DNA from: an uncultured Acidobacteriota bacterium
GTDB taxonomy: Bacteria > Acidobacteriota > Vicinamibacteria > Marinacidobacterales > SMYC01
Assembly (NCBI GenBank): GCA_963716925.1
Contig: CAVQUX010000025.1
Coordinates: 656,751-720,750 of the forward strand
Length of the DNA stretch: 64,000 nucleotides
Reading direction: 5' to 3'
Position numbers and translations under genes: made by a program. Shown here one piece after another: positions 29,709 through 39,652 of the stretch (positions are counted from its first letter, which is position 1; each line of letters starts with the position of its first letter). The notes beneath the pieces were generated by a model. The model ran no database searches, was not told where the DNA came from, and was given only the letters and a program-made list of their open reading frames with translations.

Positions 29709-32330
29709 CTAGGCGTGGTATAGCGACTCCTTGGGGTTCACGCGGGAGATGCGGCGGGCCGGAATGTAGCTCGCCGCGAGCGCCACCAGGGTCAGCAGCG
29801 CCGCGACCGTCAGAAACGTCCACGGGTCGTTCGGGCGGATTCCGAAGAGCTGGCTCGACAGTAGACCCGCCCCCGCGAGCGCGCCCACGACCCCGAGCGC
29901 CAACCCGACCGAAACCGGGATCATCGCCTGCATCACCACGAGAGCCACCACATCCTGGCTGCGGGCTCCCAGAGCCATCCGCACTCCGATCTCGTGCGCC
30001 CGGCGGCTCGCGAGATAGGCGATGACCCCATAGACGCCGATCGAAGCGAGGGCGAGGCCCAGGAGGCTCATGGTGAGAAGGAGCGCGGCGAGAAATCTCG
30101 GCTGGGCCAGGGAGTCGAGCACGCGCTCGTCCATCGTGGCGATGCCGTGGAGCGGTAATGCCGGGTCGATTCCCCGCATTTTCTCCCGCAGCGCCGGCAC
30201 CAGGCTCTCGGGCGCCGCCTCCGCTCTCACCGCGAGCGTCATCGTCCGCTGGATCCAGTCCCAGGCTACGGGAGGCGCCTGCGCGATCGGAAGGTAGAAC
30301 TCGGGCTCGATCTCGGCTCCCAGGCCCCTCGAGCGAACGTCCCCCACCACTCCGACGACCGTCTTCCATTTCGGATCTTCGGGGCCTCCCTCGCAGCAGG
30401 AGATGCGCTTTCCGAGCGGGCTCTCCCCGGGAAAGGCGGCTCTGGCCAGCGTCTCGCTCACCACCATGACGAGCTCGGACTCGCGGCGATCGGACGGCCG
30501 AAAGAGCCGGCCTTCGAGGAGTGGAATTCCCATGGCGGCGAAGTAATCGTCGCTCACCATGCGGAGCCTGGAGTCGATGCGGTCCTCGAGCGTCATGCCT
30601 TCAGCGAGGAGACCGTTCGAACCGCCGCCCGGTCCCATGGGAACCTGGGAGGTCACCGCGGCACGGCGCACTCCGGCAATCCCTTCCGCTTCCTGCACGA
30701 TCCGCTCGAAGGTTCCCACCACTCGCACCGCCTCCTCGTAGGAGTCACGCGGGAGGGTCACTCGAGCGGTGAGCACACCCTTGGGATCGAAACCGGGTTG
30801 GACCCGGCCCATCTCGAGAGCGCTTCGGACCAGAAGTCCAGCGGCCGCCAGTAGAGCGAGGGCGAGCGCGATCTCCGCGGACACCAGAGCGAAGCGAATC
30901 CGCCCCTGCGAGCGGCTTCCTCCCGCGCGGTGCTCGCCTCGAAGCGCCGGAATCTCCGCCCTCGCCGCGGAGAGCGCGGGAACCAGCCCGGAGAGGAGAC
31001 TCGCGGCTACAGCCGCCAGGAGAGTGAATCCGAGAACCGCGGGGTCGATGCGCGTCTCTTCGAGGCGCGGGACGCCTTCGGGCGCCCAGGCGATGAGAGT
31101 CTCGGTCATCCAGAATCCGAGCGCCGTTCCCAGGACGGCGGCGACGCCGGCGAGGACGAAGGTCTCGGCGAGGACCTGGCGCGCGAGGCGTGCCGTTCCC
31201 GCGCCGAGCGCTGCGCGCACCGCCATCTCCCGCGACCGGGCGGCACCGCGGGCGAGGAGCAGGTTGAGAACGTTGGTGCAGGCGATGAGGAGCACCAGCG
31301 AGACCGCCCCCATCAGGATCAGAAGGCGGGCGCGATAGTCGCCGACGAGCCACTCCCCGTATGAAACGATCCGGATCCCGGAGGACTCGTTGGGATAGAG
31401 CTTCTTCTGTTCTTCGCCGATGACATCCAGGCGCGCCTGGGCGGCCTCGTAGGAGATTCCCGGACGGAGGCGTCCGAACACGTCGAGATAGTGCTCGTCG
31501 TGCATCGCCTCCTGAGCCGGGGTGAAGGCGATCGGAGTCCAGAGCTCCTGGTCGTACGCCGGGTACGAGAGCTCCTTCGGCATCACGCCCACGACGACGT
31601 GGGGTATTCCGTTCAAGTGAATCTCGCGGCCCACGACGGCCGGGTCGGCGCCGTAGCGGCGGGTCCAGAGGCGGTGGCTGAGAATCGCGACCCGCTCGCC
31701 GCCGGGACGGTCCTCGTCGGCGAGGAACCACCTTCCGTGAAGCGGCCGCATCCCGAGAAGCTCGAAGTACCCGTGGGACACGCGCCCGCCGAGAACTCTC
31801 TCGGGATCGGGACCATCGCTCAGGTTGAAGCTCTCGTAGTCGAGAGCCGCGAGCTGCTCGAACAGGTCGGAGCTCGCGCGCCTCCAGTCGACGAAATTCC
31901 CGATGGACACGTTGATCGGTCCGAGGTTCTGGTAGTTCTCTCCCACGAGAGCGATGCGCTCCGACCGCTCGAAGGCGAGAGGGCGGAGCACCACCGCGCG
32001 CAGCACGCTGTAGATCGACGTGGTGGCGCCGATTCCGAGGGTGAGCGTGAGAACGGCGATGGCGGCGAAACCGGGGTTCACCCGGAGCTGGCGGACCCCA
32101 TATGCCAGATCGTGGCGAAGCTGCTCCAGGTAGGCGGCTCGTTTCACGTGCGTTTCTCCTTCCGTTCGTATCCGCCGGCACTGGGCGCGGATGCGGCCGA
32201 GGTTTCCGAACCGGCGGCGGGCCTCGGATCGGGCATCGGCCTCGCTCCATCCTTCCTCGACGAGCTCCCGGAACCTCATCTCGATGTGGAACGAGAGCTC
32301 GTCCTCGAGATCGGAATCCGGGTCCTTCAT
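29709..32330 (-). CDS. ADOP-family duplicated FtsX/MacB-like permease
   Basis: It is 874 aa from MKDPDSDLEDE, with an N-terminal regulator-associated extension and two FtsX-type 4-TM modules. Its start overlaps the padR stop (ATGA). Confidence 0.85.
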   Translation of the reverse strand: MKDPDSDLEDELSFHIEMRFRELVEEGWSEADARSEARRRFGNLGRIRAQCRRIRTEGETHVKRAAYLEQLRHDLAYGVRQLRVNPGFAAIAVLTLTLGIGATTSIYSVLRAVVLRPLAFERSERIALVGENYQNLGPINVSIGNFVDWRRASSDLFEQLAALDYESFNLSDGPDPERVLGGRVSHGYFELLGMRPLHGRWFLADEDRPGGERVAILSHRLWTRRYGADPAVVGREIHLNGIPHVVVGVMPKELSYPAYDQELWTPIAFTPAQEAMHDEHYLDVFGRLRPGISYEAAQARLDVIGEEQKKLYPNESSGIRIVSYGEWLVGDYRARLLILMGAVSLVLLIACTNVLNLLLARGAARSREMAVRAALGAGTARLARQVLAETFVLAGVAAVLGTALGFWMTETLIAWAPEGVPRLEETRIDPAVLGFTLLAAVAASLLSGLVPALSAARAEIPALRGEHRAGGSRSQGRIRFALVSAEIALALALLAAAGLLVRSALEMGRVQPGFDPKGVLTARVTLPRDSYEEAVRVVGTFERIVQEAEGIAGVRRAAVTSQVPMGPGGGSNGLLAEGMTLEDRIDSRLRMVSDDYFAAMGIPLLEGRLFRPSDRRESELVMVVSETLARAAFPGESPLGKRISCCEGGPEDPKWKTVVGVVGDVRSRGLGAEIEPEFYLPIAQAPPVAWDWIQRTMTLAVRAEAAPESLVPALREKMRGIDPALPLHGIATMDERVLDSLAQPRFLAALLLTMSLLGLALASIGVYGVIAYLASRRAHEIGVRMALGARSQDVVALVVMQAMIPVSVGLALGVVGALAGAGLLSSQLFGIRPNDPWTFLTVAALLTLVALAASYIPARRISRVNPKESLYHA

Positions 32331-32677
32331 CCAATCTCCTCGGGCGCGTCGAGGACTCTCCCCATCGCCCGCGAGAACCGCCGCCACGCCCGGGACTCCC
32401 GCTCGAGCTGTTTCACCCCTTTGGACGTCAGTCGATAGAAGCGGGCCCGGCGGTTGTTCTCCGACGTCCCCCACTCGGATCCGATCCAACCTCGCTGCTC
32501 GAGGCGGTGGAGCGCGGGGTACAGCGCTCCTTCCTCGACGCGCAAGGCGTCCTTCGTGACCTGACGGATCCAGCGCGATACGGCATAGCCGTGCGCCGGA
32601 CCGCGGCTCAGCGTCTTGAGGATGAGGACGTCGAGGCTTCCCTTGACCAGCTCCAGATTCTCGGGCTCGTTTCCCAT
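32327..32677 (-). CDS. PadR-family transcriptional regulator
   Basis: It has LDVLILKTLSRGPAHGYAVSRWIRQ ... LYPALHRLEQRGWI. Confidence 0.85.
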   Translation of the reverse strand: MGNEPENLELVKGSLDVLILKTLSRGPAHGYAVSRWIRQVTKDALRVEEGALYPALHRLEQRGWIGSEWGTSENNRRARFYRLTSKGVKQLERESRAWRRFSRAMGRVLDAPEEIG

Positions 32678-32737
32678 AAAAGTCTCAGGGGAGAGTAGCG
32701 CCTCTCCCCTAAGAACGCAAGGGAAGCTGGAAAAGTT

Positions 32738-33787
32738 TCAGGCGGCGATGGTGGCGACTCCGAGACAGACGTCTCCGTCGTAGAAGACCGCGAACTGACC
32801 GGGTGCGATCCCCCGATCGGGGGTCTCGAGATCAACGCGCCCTCGATCTCCCACGACGTCGAGAGTGGCGTGATGAAGACTGCGCCCGTGCCGCACCCGA
32901 ACCAGGAGATCCCGGCGCGCCGGCGGATCTCCAATCCAATGGATGGCCTCGACCTCGAACGATTCCCGCGAGGCCGCGGCGACGCGGTCCGCATGGGCGA
33001 CGTAGACCACGTTCCGAGAAACGTCCTTTCCACGGACGAACCAGGGCCCGTGAGAGAGGCCCAGGCCCTCGCGCTGCCCGATGGTGTGGAACCAGTAGCC
33101 CTTGTGACGTCCCAGCACCTTTCCGGAATCGAGATCCACGATCTCCCCCGGTCGCTCGCCCAGGTGGTGGCGGACGAAATCGCGGTAGGGGATCTTCCCC
33201 AGAAAGCAGATCCCCTGGCTGTCGCGCCGGTCCTGGTTCGGAAGGTCTCTCTCCCGCGCGAATCTGCGGACCTCGGACTTCGAAAGCCCGCCGAGCGGGA
33301 AAAGAGCCCGCGCCACCTGTTCCTGGCTCAGACGCGCGAGGAAATACGTCTGGTCCTTCACGGGATCGATTCCCCGCTTGAGGAGGACGCGCCCCGAGCA
33401 CTCCTCCCGCCTCGCGTAGTGTCCCGAGGCGACGCGCTCGAAGCTGGAGTCGATCTCGTCGAGGAACGCTCCGAATTTGATGTGCTGGTTGCAGAGAACG
33501 TCGGGGCTCGGCGTCCGGCCCGCTTCGAGCTCGGAGACGGCGTAGCGCACGACGCGCTCCCAGTAGGGCCGCTGCAGGGACCGCACCTCCAGGGGAACGT
33601 CGAGCCGGGCGCAGACTTCCCGCGCGAACCGCAGGTCTTCCTCCCACGGGCAGGTCCCGAGGTGCGAGAGCTCGTCCTCGAGCCAGACCTTCAGGTAGAA
33701 AGCGGTCACGTCGTGCCCCCCGGAGCGAAGCAGGCTCAGGGCGACGGAGCTGTCCACCCCGCCCGAGAGCAGAGCCGCGATTTTCAC
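32738..33787 (-). CDS. mnmA: tRNA-specific 2-thiouridylase
   Basis: It has the PP-loop SGGVDSSV and CNQHIKFGAF, and it is full length. Confidence 0.9.
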   Translation of the reverse strand: MKIAALLSGGVDSSVALSLLRSGGHDVTAFYLKVWLEDELSHLGTCPWEEDLRFAREVCARLDVPLEVRSLQRPYWERVVRYAVSELEAGRTPSPDVLCNQHIKFGAFLDEIDSSFERVASGHYARREECSGRVLLKRGIDPVKDQTYFLARLSQEQVARALFPLGGLSKSEVRRFARERDLPNQDRRDSQGICFLGKIPYRDFVRHHLGERPGEIVDLDSGKVLGRHKGYWFHTIGQREGLGLSHGPWFVRGKDVSRNVVYVAHADRVAAASRESFEVEAIHWIGDPPARRDLLVRVRHGRSLHHATLDVVGDRGRVDLETPDRGIAPGQFAVFYDGDVCLGVATIAA

Positions 33788-34611
33788 GATTCCTTCAACC
33801 CGTGGTTACCGCGGTAGTCCGACCGCTGCGGAGGCTTCCACCCTTCGAGAAGCTCGGCAGGTGCGTCGTACACCTCGACTCCGAGAGGGCGGCAGACCTC
33901 GAGGGGATCGCGCGCATCCGGTCCCCAGAGCGGGATCGAGAGGTCTCCTCCGGGGCAGGTCGAGATCGCGCATAGGAGATCGATTTCCGCGAAGACCTCG
34001 AAATAGTCGCCCAACTTCGCGGGACTCGCCTTCATGAAGTAGCGATCGTCGGCCAGGCCAGTGACCTGGAAGATGTTCAGGACGTCGTGAACGTCGAGCT
34101 CCGTCAGGCGGTACGGGAGAATGGCGCGGGTGAGGTTCGAGTGGCAGTGGTTGTCGAGCTCGAGACCCGTCAGGAGCTTGTTCACGTAAGGGTCGCACCG
34201 CGTGCCCAGAAGATCGTGGCAGCGCCCGCCGTCGTCGTCGATGCCATAGTCGATGGTGTCGCCGATGATCGTCGCCATGGGCCTCAGGAACGGGAGGGTG
34301 GACCACAGCCGGTCATAGGTCGTCACGTGGGCGCGGTGGAGCTGCCTCGTCCGCGCCGCCCAGAAGCGCTCTCTCGGGTCGTGGAGGTTCCAGCAGTTGA
34401 AGTCGGCGACCTGCGGCCCATCGACGATCGCGATCCGGCAAATCTGGCCCGCCTTGACGGGCCAGGCTTTCCCCGAGCGGATGGGAACGACGAACCGCTC
34501 CACGAGGCTCCGACGCCCGGCATCTCGCCCGAGACGCCCGTAGAAAGCCCGGTCGACCTCGAGGGCGGTCGTCGGGCGGGAGGGAAGATAGGTCCAGAAG
34601 GAGGATGACAT
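33784..34611 (-). CDS. DUF1989 (urea-carboxylase-associated) family protein
   Basis: It shows DUF1989 conservation with multiple Cys/His residues. Its stop overlaps the mnmA start. Confidence 0.7.
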   Translation of the reverse strand: MSSSFWTYLPSRPTTALEVDRAFYGRLGRDAGRRSLVERFVVPIRSGKAWPVKAGQICRIAIVDGPQVADFNCWNLHDPRERFWAARTRQLHRAHVTTYDRLWSTLPFLRPMATIIGDTIDYGIDDDGGRCHDLLGTRCDPYVNKLLTGLELDNHCHSNLTRAILPYRLTELDVHDVLNIFQVTGLADDRYFMKASPAKLGDYFEVFAEIDLLCAISTCPGGDLSIPLWGPDARDPLEVCRPLGVEVYDAPAELLEGWKPPQRSDYRGNHGLKES

Positions 34612-34700
34612 AAGGCATTATTGTAGCTCCGTGACGGAATCCCACCGCGCGCTCTCAACCCTTTTCCCCCGCCCGACGTCTAACTTCGCGAGGTAGCCTC

Positions 34701-37142
34701 ATGTCCGAACTCGCCCGCGAATTGAGATTCGCCGCGCGCGGCCTTGCGCGGACGAAGGCCTTCACGGCGGTGACGCTGCTGACGGTGGCCCTCGGGGTCG
34801 GCGCCAACACCGCCATCTTCAGCATCGTCCACGGCGTCCTGCTGCGTCCTCTTCCCTTCCGCGAGCCCGAGCGCCTGGTGACGCTGTGGGAATCCGTCCC
34901 CGACGACACGGGAGCTCCGCGCCGGTGGCGAACCACCGCAGCGAACTACTTCGACTGGGAGGAACAGGCGCGGACCCTCGAGCGCATGGCGATCTTCGGA
35001 TCCGCGGGCATGAACTGGACGGGTGAAGGAGAGCCGGAGGAGCTCCTGGGCGCCCGCGTGAGCGCGAGCTACTTCGACGTGCTGGGGATCGCCCCTCTTC
35101 TGGGCAGAACCTTCGCCCCCGAAGAAAACGAGACCGGAAGGGGCCGAGTCCTCGTTCTGGGTTACGGGCTATGGCAGAGACGATTCGGGGGCTCTCGCGA
35201 CGTCCTGGGAAAGAAGCTGACCCTCGACGGGGAGCCGTTCGAAGTCATTGGCGTCATGCCCGAGGGAGTCTATCCGACGTGGCCTCAGGCGACCGGCCGG
35301 CTTCCCTTTCTCCCGCTCTACCAGCAGATCTGGATCCCGATGGCGCTCTCGCAAGAGCGGAGACAGGATCGGGGCAGCCACGTCTTTGGAGCCATCGGAC
35401 GGCTCGCACCCGGCGCCACGCTCGAGACCGTGCGCGCGGAGATGGACACCATCGCGCGGCGGATCGCCGCCGCCAATCCGGACAACTACGGGGAGGGGAT
35501 CGTCGTCGTCCCCTATCTCGATGAAGTCACGGGAAGCGCACGGCAGGCGCTCCTCGTCCTCTGGGGTGCGGTCGGGCTCGTGCTCCTCATCGCCTGCGCC
35601 AACATCGCGAGTCTCCTGCTCGCGCGATCCGCGGGCCGCCAGAGGGAGGTCGCGTTGAGAACCGCGCTCGGAGCCAGCCGGGCTCGGGTGCTCCGACAGT
35701 TCCTCTGCGAAAGCACTCTCCTCGGCGTCACCGGAGGCGCTCTGGGGATAGCGCTCGCCTATGCGGGCGTGAGCGTTCTCGTCGGCCTCAGCCCCGCCGC
35801 CGTTCCCCGCCTCTCGGACTCCGGACTGAGCCTGCCGGTGCTCGCGTTCGCGATTGCGATCTCGCTCGTCACCGGAGTTCTCTTCGGCCTCGCCCCCGCC
35901 GTTCAAATGTCCCGCTCCGATCGGGACCTTCGATTGAAGGAGCGCACGCCTCGGGCGGGATTGAGGCGGATCCTCGTGGTCTCCGAGCTTGCGCTCGCGA
36001 TGGTTCTCGTCGTCGGCGCCTCGCTCCTTCTGCAGAGCTTCGTACGACTCCGCCGGATCGACATGGGATTTCGCGCGGAGAACGTTCTTCTCTCCGAGAT
36101 CAATCTCCCTGTCCCGAAGTACCAGGATTATCGATCCGTGGCCCGCTTCCACCGGGCGCTTCTGGAGCGCCTGAGCTCGGTCTCCGCGGTCACGGCGAGC
36201 GGTATCACGTACGACCATCCCCTCGATTCCAACTGGACCGACGACTTCGCCATCGAAGGCGCACCGCAGACGGAGGAGACTCTCAGCGCCGCTCTCCGGA
36301 TCGCGAGCCCCGACTACTTCCGTACGATGAGCACCGAAATCCTTCTGGGCCGCCCGTTCACCGCCCTAGACGATGCCGACCATCCCGGCGCCGTCATCGT
36401 CGACGAAGCGTTCGTTCAACGGTTCCTGGCGCCTTCCGGTCCTCTGGGAAAGCGGCTTGTGATCACCACGCCGAGCGGTTACTCGGGCGGGTCGCTGCCG
36501 AGTTTGTTCGAGATCGTTGGAGTGGTCGAGAACGTACGCTTCCTCGGTCCCGCGGTCCCGCCCGAGCCGGCGTTCTATCTTCCCGCGGCTCAATTCCCCG
36601 TTCAGGAGATGATGGTCGCGGTCAAAGTGGCGGGCGACCCGGCGGCCTTCGCCGCGCGCCTGCGGGAAGAGGTCTGGGCGGTGGATCCCGACATTCCGCT
36701 CTCCAACATCACCACCATGGAGAGGCTGCTCTCGGAAGCTCTCGCCCAACCGCGCTTCACCTCCGTGGTCCTGGGGTTCTTCGGAGCCTCGGCGCTCGCG
36801 CTCGCCGCCCTCGGCATCTATGGTGTCCTGTCGACGACCGTGGCCCAGAGGACGAGCGAGATCGGAATCCGGATGGCGCTCGGAGCTCGCTCCGCGGACG
36901 TCGTCCGGATGGTGGTGCGACAGGGCATGCGCCTGACGCTCGCCGGGCTCGCGATTGGCCTCGCCGCGGCGCTGGCCTCGGCCCCGGTGCTGAGGAGCCT
37001 CCTCTTCGGGGTAGGCGCCCAGGATCCGTTCACGTTCGCCTTCGTCTCCGGACTCCTGGCAGCCGTCGCCCTCCTGGCGAGCTACCTTCCCGCCCGCCGC
37101 GCGTCCCGGATCGAGCCTCTAATCGCGCTAAGGCACGAGTAG
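34701..37142 (+). CDS. ADOP-family duplicated FtsX/MacB-like permease (second copy)
   Basis: It is 813 aa with an FtsX 4-TM module at each end and a large periplasmic domain after TM1. Confidence 0.85.
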   Translation: MSELARELRFAARGLARTKAFTAVTLLTVALGVGANTAIFSIVHGVLLRPLPFREPERLVTLWESVPDDTGAPRRWRTTAANYFDWEEQARTLERMAIFGSAGMNWTGEGEPEELLGARVSASYFDVLGIAPLLGRTFAPEENETGRGRVLVLGYGLWQRRFGGSRDVLGKKLTLDGEPFEVIGVMPEGVYPTWPQATGRLPFLPLYQQIWIPMALSQERRQDRGSHVFGAIGRLAPGATLETVRAEMDTIARRIAAANPDNYGEGIVVVPYLDEVTGSARQALLVLWGAVGLVLLIACANIASLLLARSAGRQREVALRTALGASRARVLRQFLCESTLLGVTGGALGIALAYAGVSVLVGLSPAAVPRLSDSGLSLPVLAFAIAISLVTGVLFGLAPAVQMSRSDRDLRLKERTPRAGLRRILVVSELALAMVLVVGASLLLQSFVRLRRIDMGFRAENVLLSEINLPVPKYQDYRSVARFHRALLERLSSVSAVTASGITYDHPLDSNWTDDFAIEGAPQTEETLSAALRIASPDYFRTMSTEILLGRPFTALDDADHPGAVIVDEAFVQRFLAPSGPLGKRLVITTPSGYSGGSLPSLFEIVGVVENVRFLGPAVPPEPAFYLPAAQFPVQEMMVAVKVAGDPAAFAARLREEVWAVDPDIPLSNITTMERLLSEALAQPRFTSVVLGFFGASALALAALGIYGVLSTTVAQRTSEIGIRMALGARSADVVRMVVRQGMRLTLAGLAIGLAAALASAPVLRSLLFGVGAQDPFTFAFVSGLLAAVALLASYLPARRASRIEPLIALRHE

Positions 37143-37268
37143 AGCTCTTCCCCCGGGACGGGGTCGCGGCGGGCGGCACTCACCAGGAACTCCTGCGCTA
37201 CTCGAGTACCGTCACCTGGAGCTTCGCCGTGGGCACGCACAGGAGGTCGGGTTTCGCGAGAGGTCCGC

Positions 37269-38165
37269 CTACTTCTTGGAGAGGCTCCGGTAAGCGAACT
37301 CCGTGAACTGGTCGCCGTTGATGAATCCCTTCCCCAGCGTTTCGTCCCACTCCTTCGTGGGCCGCGACGCCTTTACCTCGTCGAGCGACTTCCCCGACGT
37401 GACCTGGGAATGGATGCGGGAGCGGATCGTCTTCAGCATGTCGCGATACGCGGTCAGGTCCTTCCTGGTGGAGAGAGGCCCGTGACCCGGGATGATCTTG
37501 GAGGCGTCGTTCGCGAGCGCCAGCACCTTGTCGGCGGCGGCGATGACGCCGTCGAGCGAGCCGCCCGACTCGAGGTCGATGAACGGGAAGCCTGCCGAGA
37601 AGAACAGGTCTCCCATGTGGAAAACGTTGGCCTTCTTCCACTGGATTACGGAGTCCCCGTCGGTGTGGGCCGGGTCGACGTGGAACACGTAGAGCTCGTC
37701 CCCGTTCACGTGAAACGAGACGTTCTCGGTGAAAGTCATGACCGGAAGCGCAACCTTGGGAGAGGCGGGGGTGGTGCTCTTGAAGAACTCGCTTACCTGA
37801 TCGCTCGACATGCGCCGGCGAACGTTCTCGTGCGCGACGATGACCGCGCCCGCGCCCCCCATGTTCTCGTTTCCGCCCGTATGGTCGCCGTGCCAGTGGG
37901 TATTCACCACGAAGCGGATCGGGGCCTTGTCGATCGCGGATACCGCCGCCCGGATCTTCTCGGTGAGCGGGGCGTACTGGTCGTCGATGATCAGAACCCC
38001 GTCGCTTCCGGACGAAACGCCGATGTTGCCTCCGGAGCCGATGAGCATATGGATTCCGGGGGCCACGTCCACCGTCTGGATCTGAACTTTGCTGAAGTCC
38101 TGCTGTCCCGAGGCCAGGGGCGGAAGCGCCAGGGCTGCGACCAGGGCCAAAAACGTAAGCTTCAT
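37269..38165 (-). CDS. MBL-fold hydrolase, subclass B3-like, with signal peptide
   Basis: It has HxHxDH (NTHWHGDHTGGN) and the His ligands HMGDLFF and PGHGP. Confidence 0.8.
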   Translation of the reverse strand: MKLTFLALVAALALPPLASGQQDFSKVQIQTVDVAPGIHMLIGSGGNIGVSSGSDGVLIIDDQYAPLTEKIRAAVSAIDKAPIRFVVNTHWHGDHTGGNENMGGAGAVIVAHENVRRRMSSDQVSEFFKSTTPASPKVALPVMTFTENVSFHVNGDELYVFHVDPAHTDGDSVIQWKKANVFHMGDLFFSAGFPFIDLESGGSLDGVIAAADKVLALANDASKIIPGHGPLSTRKDLTAYRDMLKTIRSRIHSQVTSGKSLDEVKASRPTKEWDETLGKGFINGDQFTEFAYRSLSKK

Positions 38166-38212
38166 GAAGAGGCTCCTTTCAGCCTCGAAGCATAGCGCAG
38201 ATCCCGACTACA

Positions 38213-38665
38213 ATGAGCGGCGTGGGAAAACTGGAAGCGATCTGGATCAAGCGGTTCCGCCGGGGTCCCATGGACCCGAAGGACTCCGCCGAGCTCCGCG
38301 CCGGCCATGGAATCGAGTCGAACGCGAACCAGGGGGGAAAGCGCCAGGTCACACTGATCTCGAAGGAAGCGTTCGCGGCGGTCTCGGCGGAGCTCGGGGC
38401 GGAGATCGACCCCGCGTGGCGCCGCGCCAACTTCATGTTCAGCGGCATCGATCTCAGGGAGAGCCGCGGGCGGGTCCTTTCGCTGGGAGGCTTGCGCATC
38501 CGCCTCGTGGGCGAAACCCGCCCCTGCGAACGGATGGACGAAGCCCATCCCGGGCTGAGATCCGCGCTCTCCCCCGAATGGCGCGGCGGCGCCTATGGAG
38601 AAGTTCTGGACGACGGCACGGTCGCCGTCGGGTGCAAAGTGAGCTTCGTGGAGGAAACGGAATGA
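38213..38665 (+). CDS. MOSC domain protein
   Basis: It has the MOSC beta-barrel pattern with the conserved Cys in ETRPCERMDE. Confidence 0.8.
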   Translation: MSGVGKLEAIWIKRFRRGPMDPKDSAELRAGHGIESNANQGGKRQVTLISKEAFAAVSAELGAEIDPAWRRANFMFSGIDLRESRGRVLSLGGLRIRLVGETRPCERMDEAHPGLRSALSPEWRGGAYGEVLDDGTVAVGCKVSFVEETE

Positions 38666-39652
38666 AGGTTTCATGGCTCGTCGTTCTGGCGGTCGTCGCG
38701 TCCGGATCTCCGGTCACGGCACAGAAGTATCGGGATTCCGACGGCAGGGTTCGAATCGCCCTGTTGAAGATGCCGTTCTCGGGCGAGCGCAACGTTCCCG
38801 AGTACTCGGGCGGACCGGACTACCTGGAGCAGGGCGGCCTTCTCCCGATGCTCGAGGGACTCGGTGCCAGGCTCAAGACCACCCCGACCGTGAAGCTCAC
38901 GGAGGAAGAGGAGAAAGACTACGGCACCTGGCACCGACTGGGCCTCGCGAACCGCCGCCTCGGTGATTTCGTCGCCGAGAACGAGCGCGAGGGATTCTTC
39001 AACGTCGGCCTCGAAGCGAACTGCAACTCGGTCCTCGGAGTCCTCGGAGGGCTACAGAGATTCGGGACCGACGAAGCGGCCGCTGAAAGTGGGACTGGTG
39101 TTCATCGACGCCCACGGAGACTTCAATACGCCGGAGACGACGCTGTCGGGAATGCTGGGCGGGATGCCGGTCGCGATCTCGGCCGGACTGTGCCTGCGGA
39201 ACCTGCGCCTGACCTCGGGGCTCGAGCCGGCGCTCCCCGTTCCTTACATCGTGCTCGGCGCAGTGCGCGACACCGACCCGCTGGAACAGGAGCTCATCGA
39301 CCGCGCCGAGGTCGAGAGGTTCTCCGTCGACGACATCCGCCAGCGATCCGAAAAAATCCACGCCCAGATGGAGCGGCTATCGTCGCTCGTCGATCGCATC
39401 TACATCCATATCGACATGGACGTCCTCGATCCGCGCGAGGTCCAGGGACACCCCCTCACGGTCCCCGACGGACCGACGAGCGAGGAGCTCGGCGCCGCTC
39501 TGAAAGAGATGTTCCGGTACCAGAAGGCCGCGGCGCTCGGAATCGCCTCGACCCCCTATGGCGACAGGGACAAGGACGGACTCTCGCTCAAGGCCGCCTA
39601 CAACCTGATCCGCGGCGCGGTCGAGGGGGTCAAGGAAAGAAAGGCGCCCTAG
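38662..39652 (+). CDS. Arginase/agmatinase/formiminoglutamase-family ureohydrolase, secreted (frame disrupted near 39065)
   Basis: The N-terminus with signal peptide (MKVSWLVVLAVVASGSPVTA) is in frame 1. The metal-binding motifs FIDAHGDFNTP and HIDMDVLDP are in frame 2. The ATG overlaps the MOSC stop (ATGA). Confidence 0.65.
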
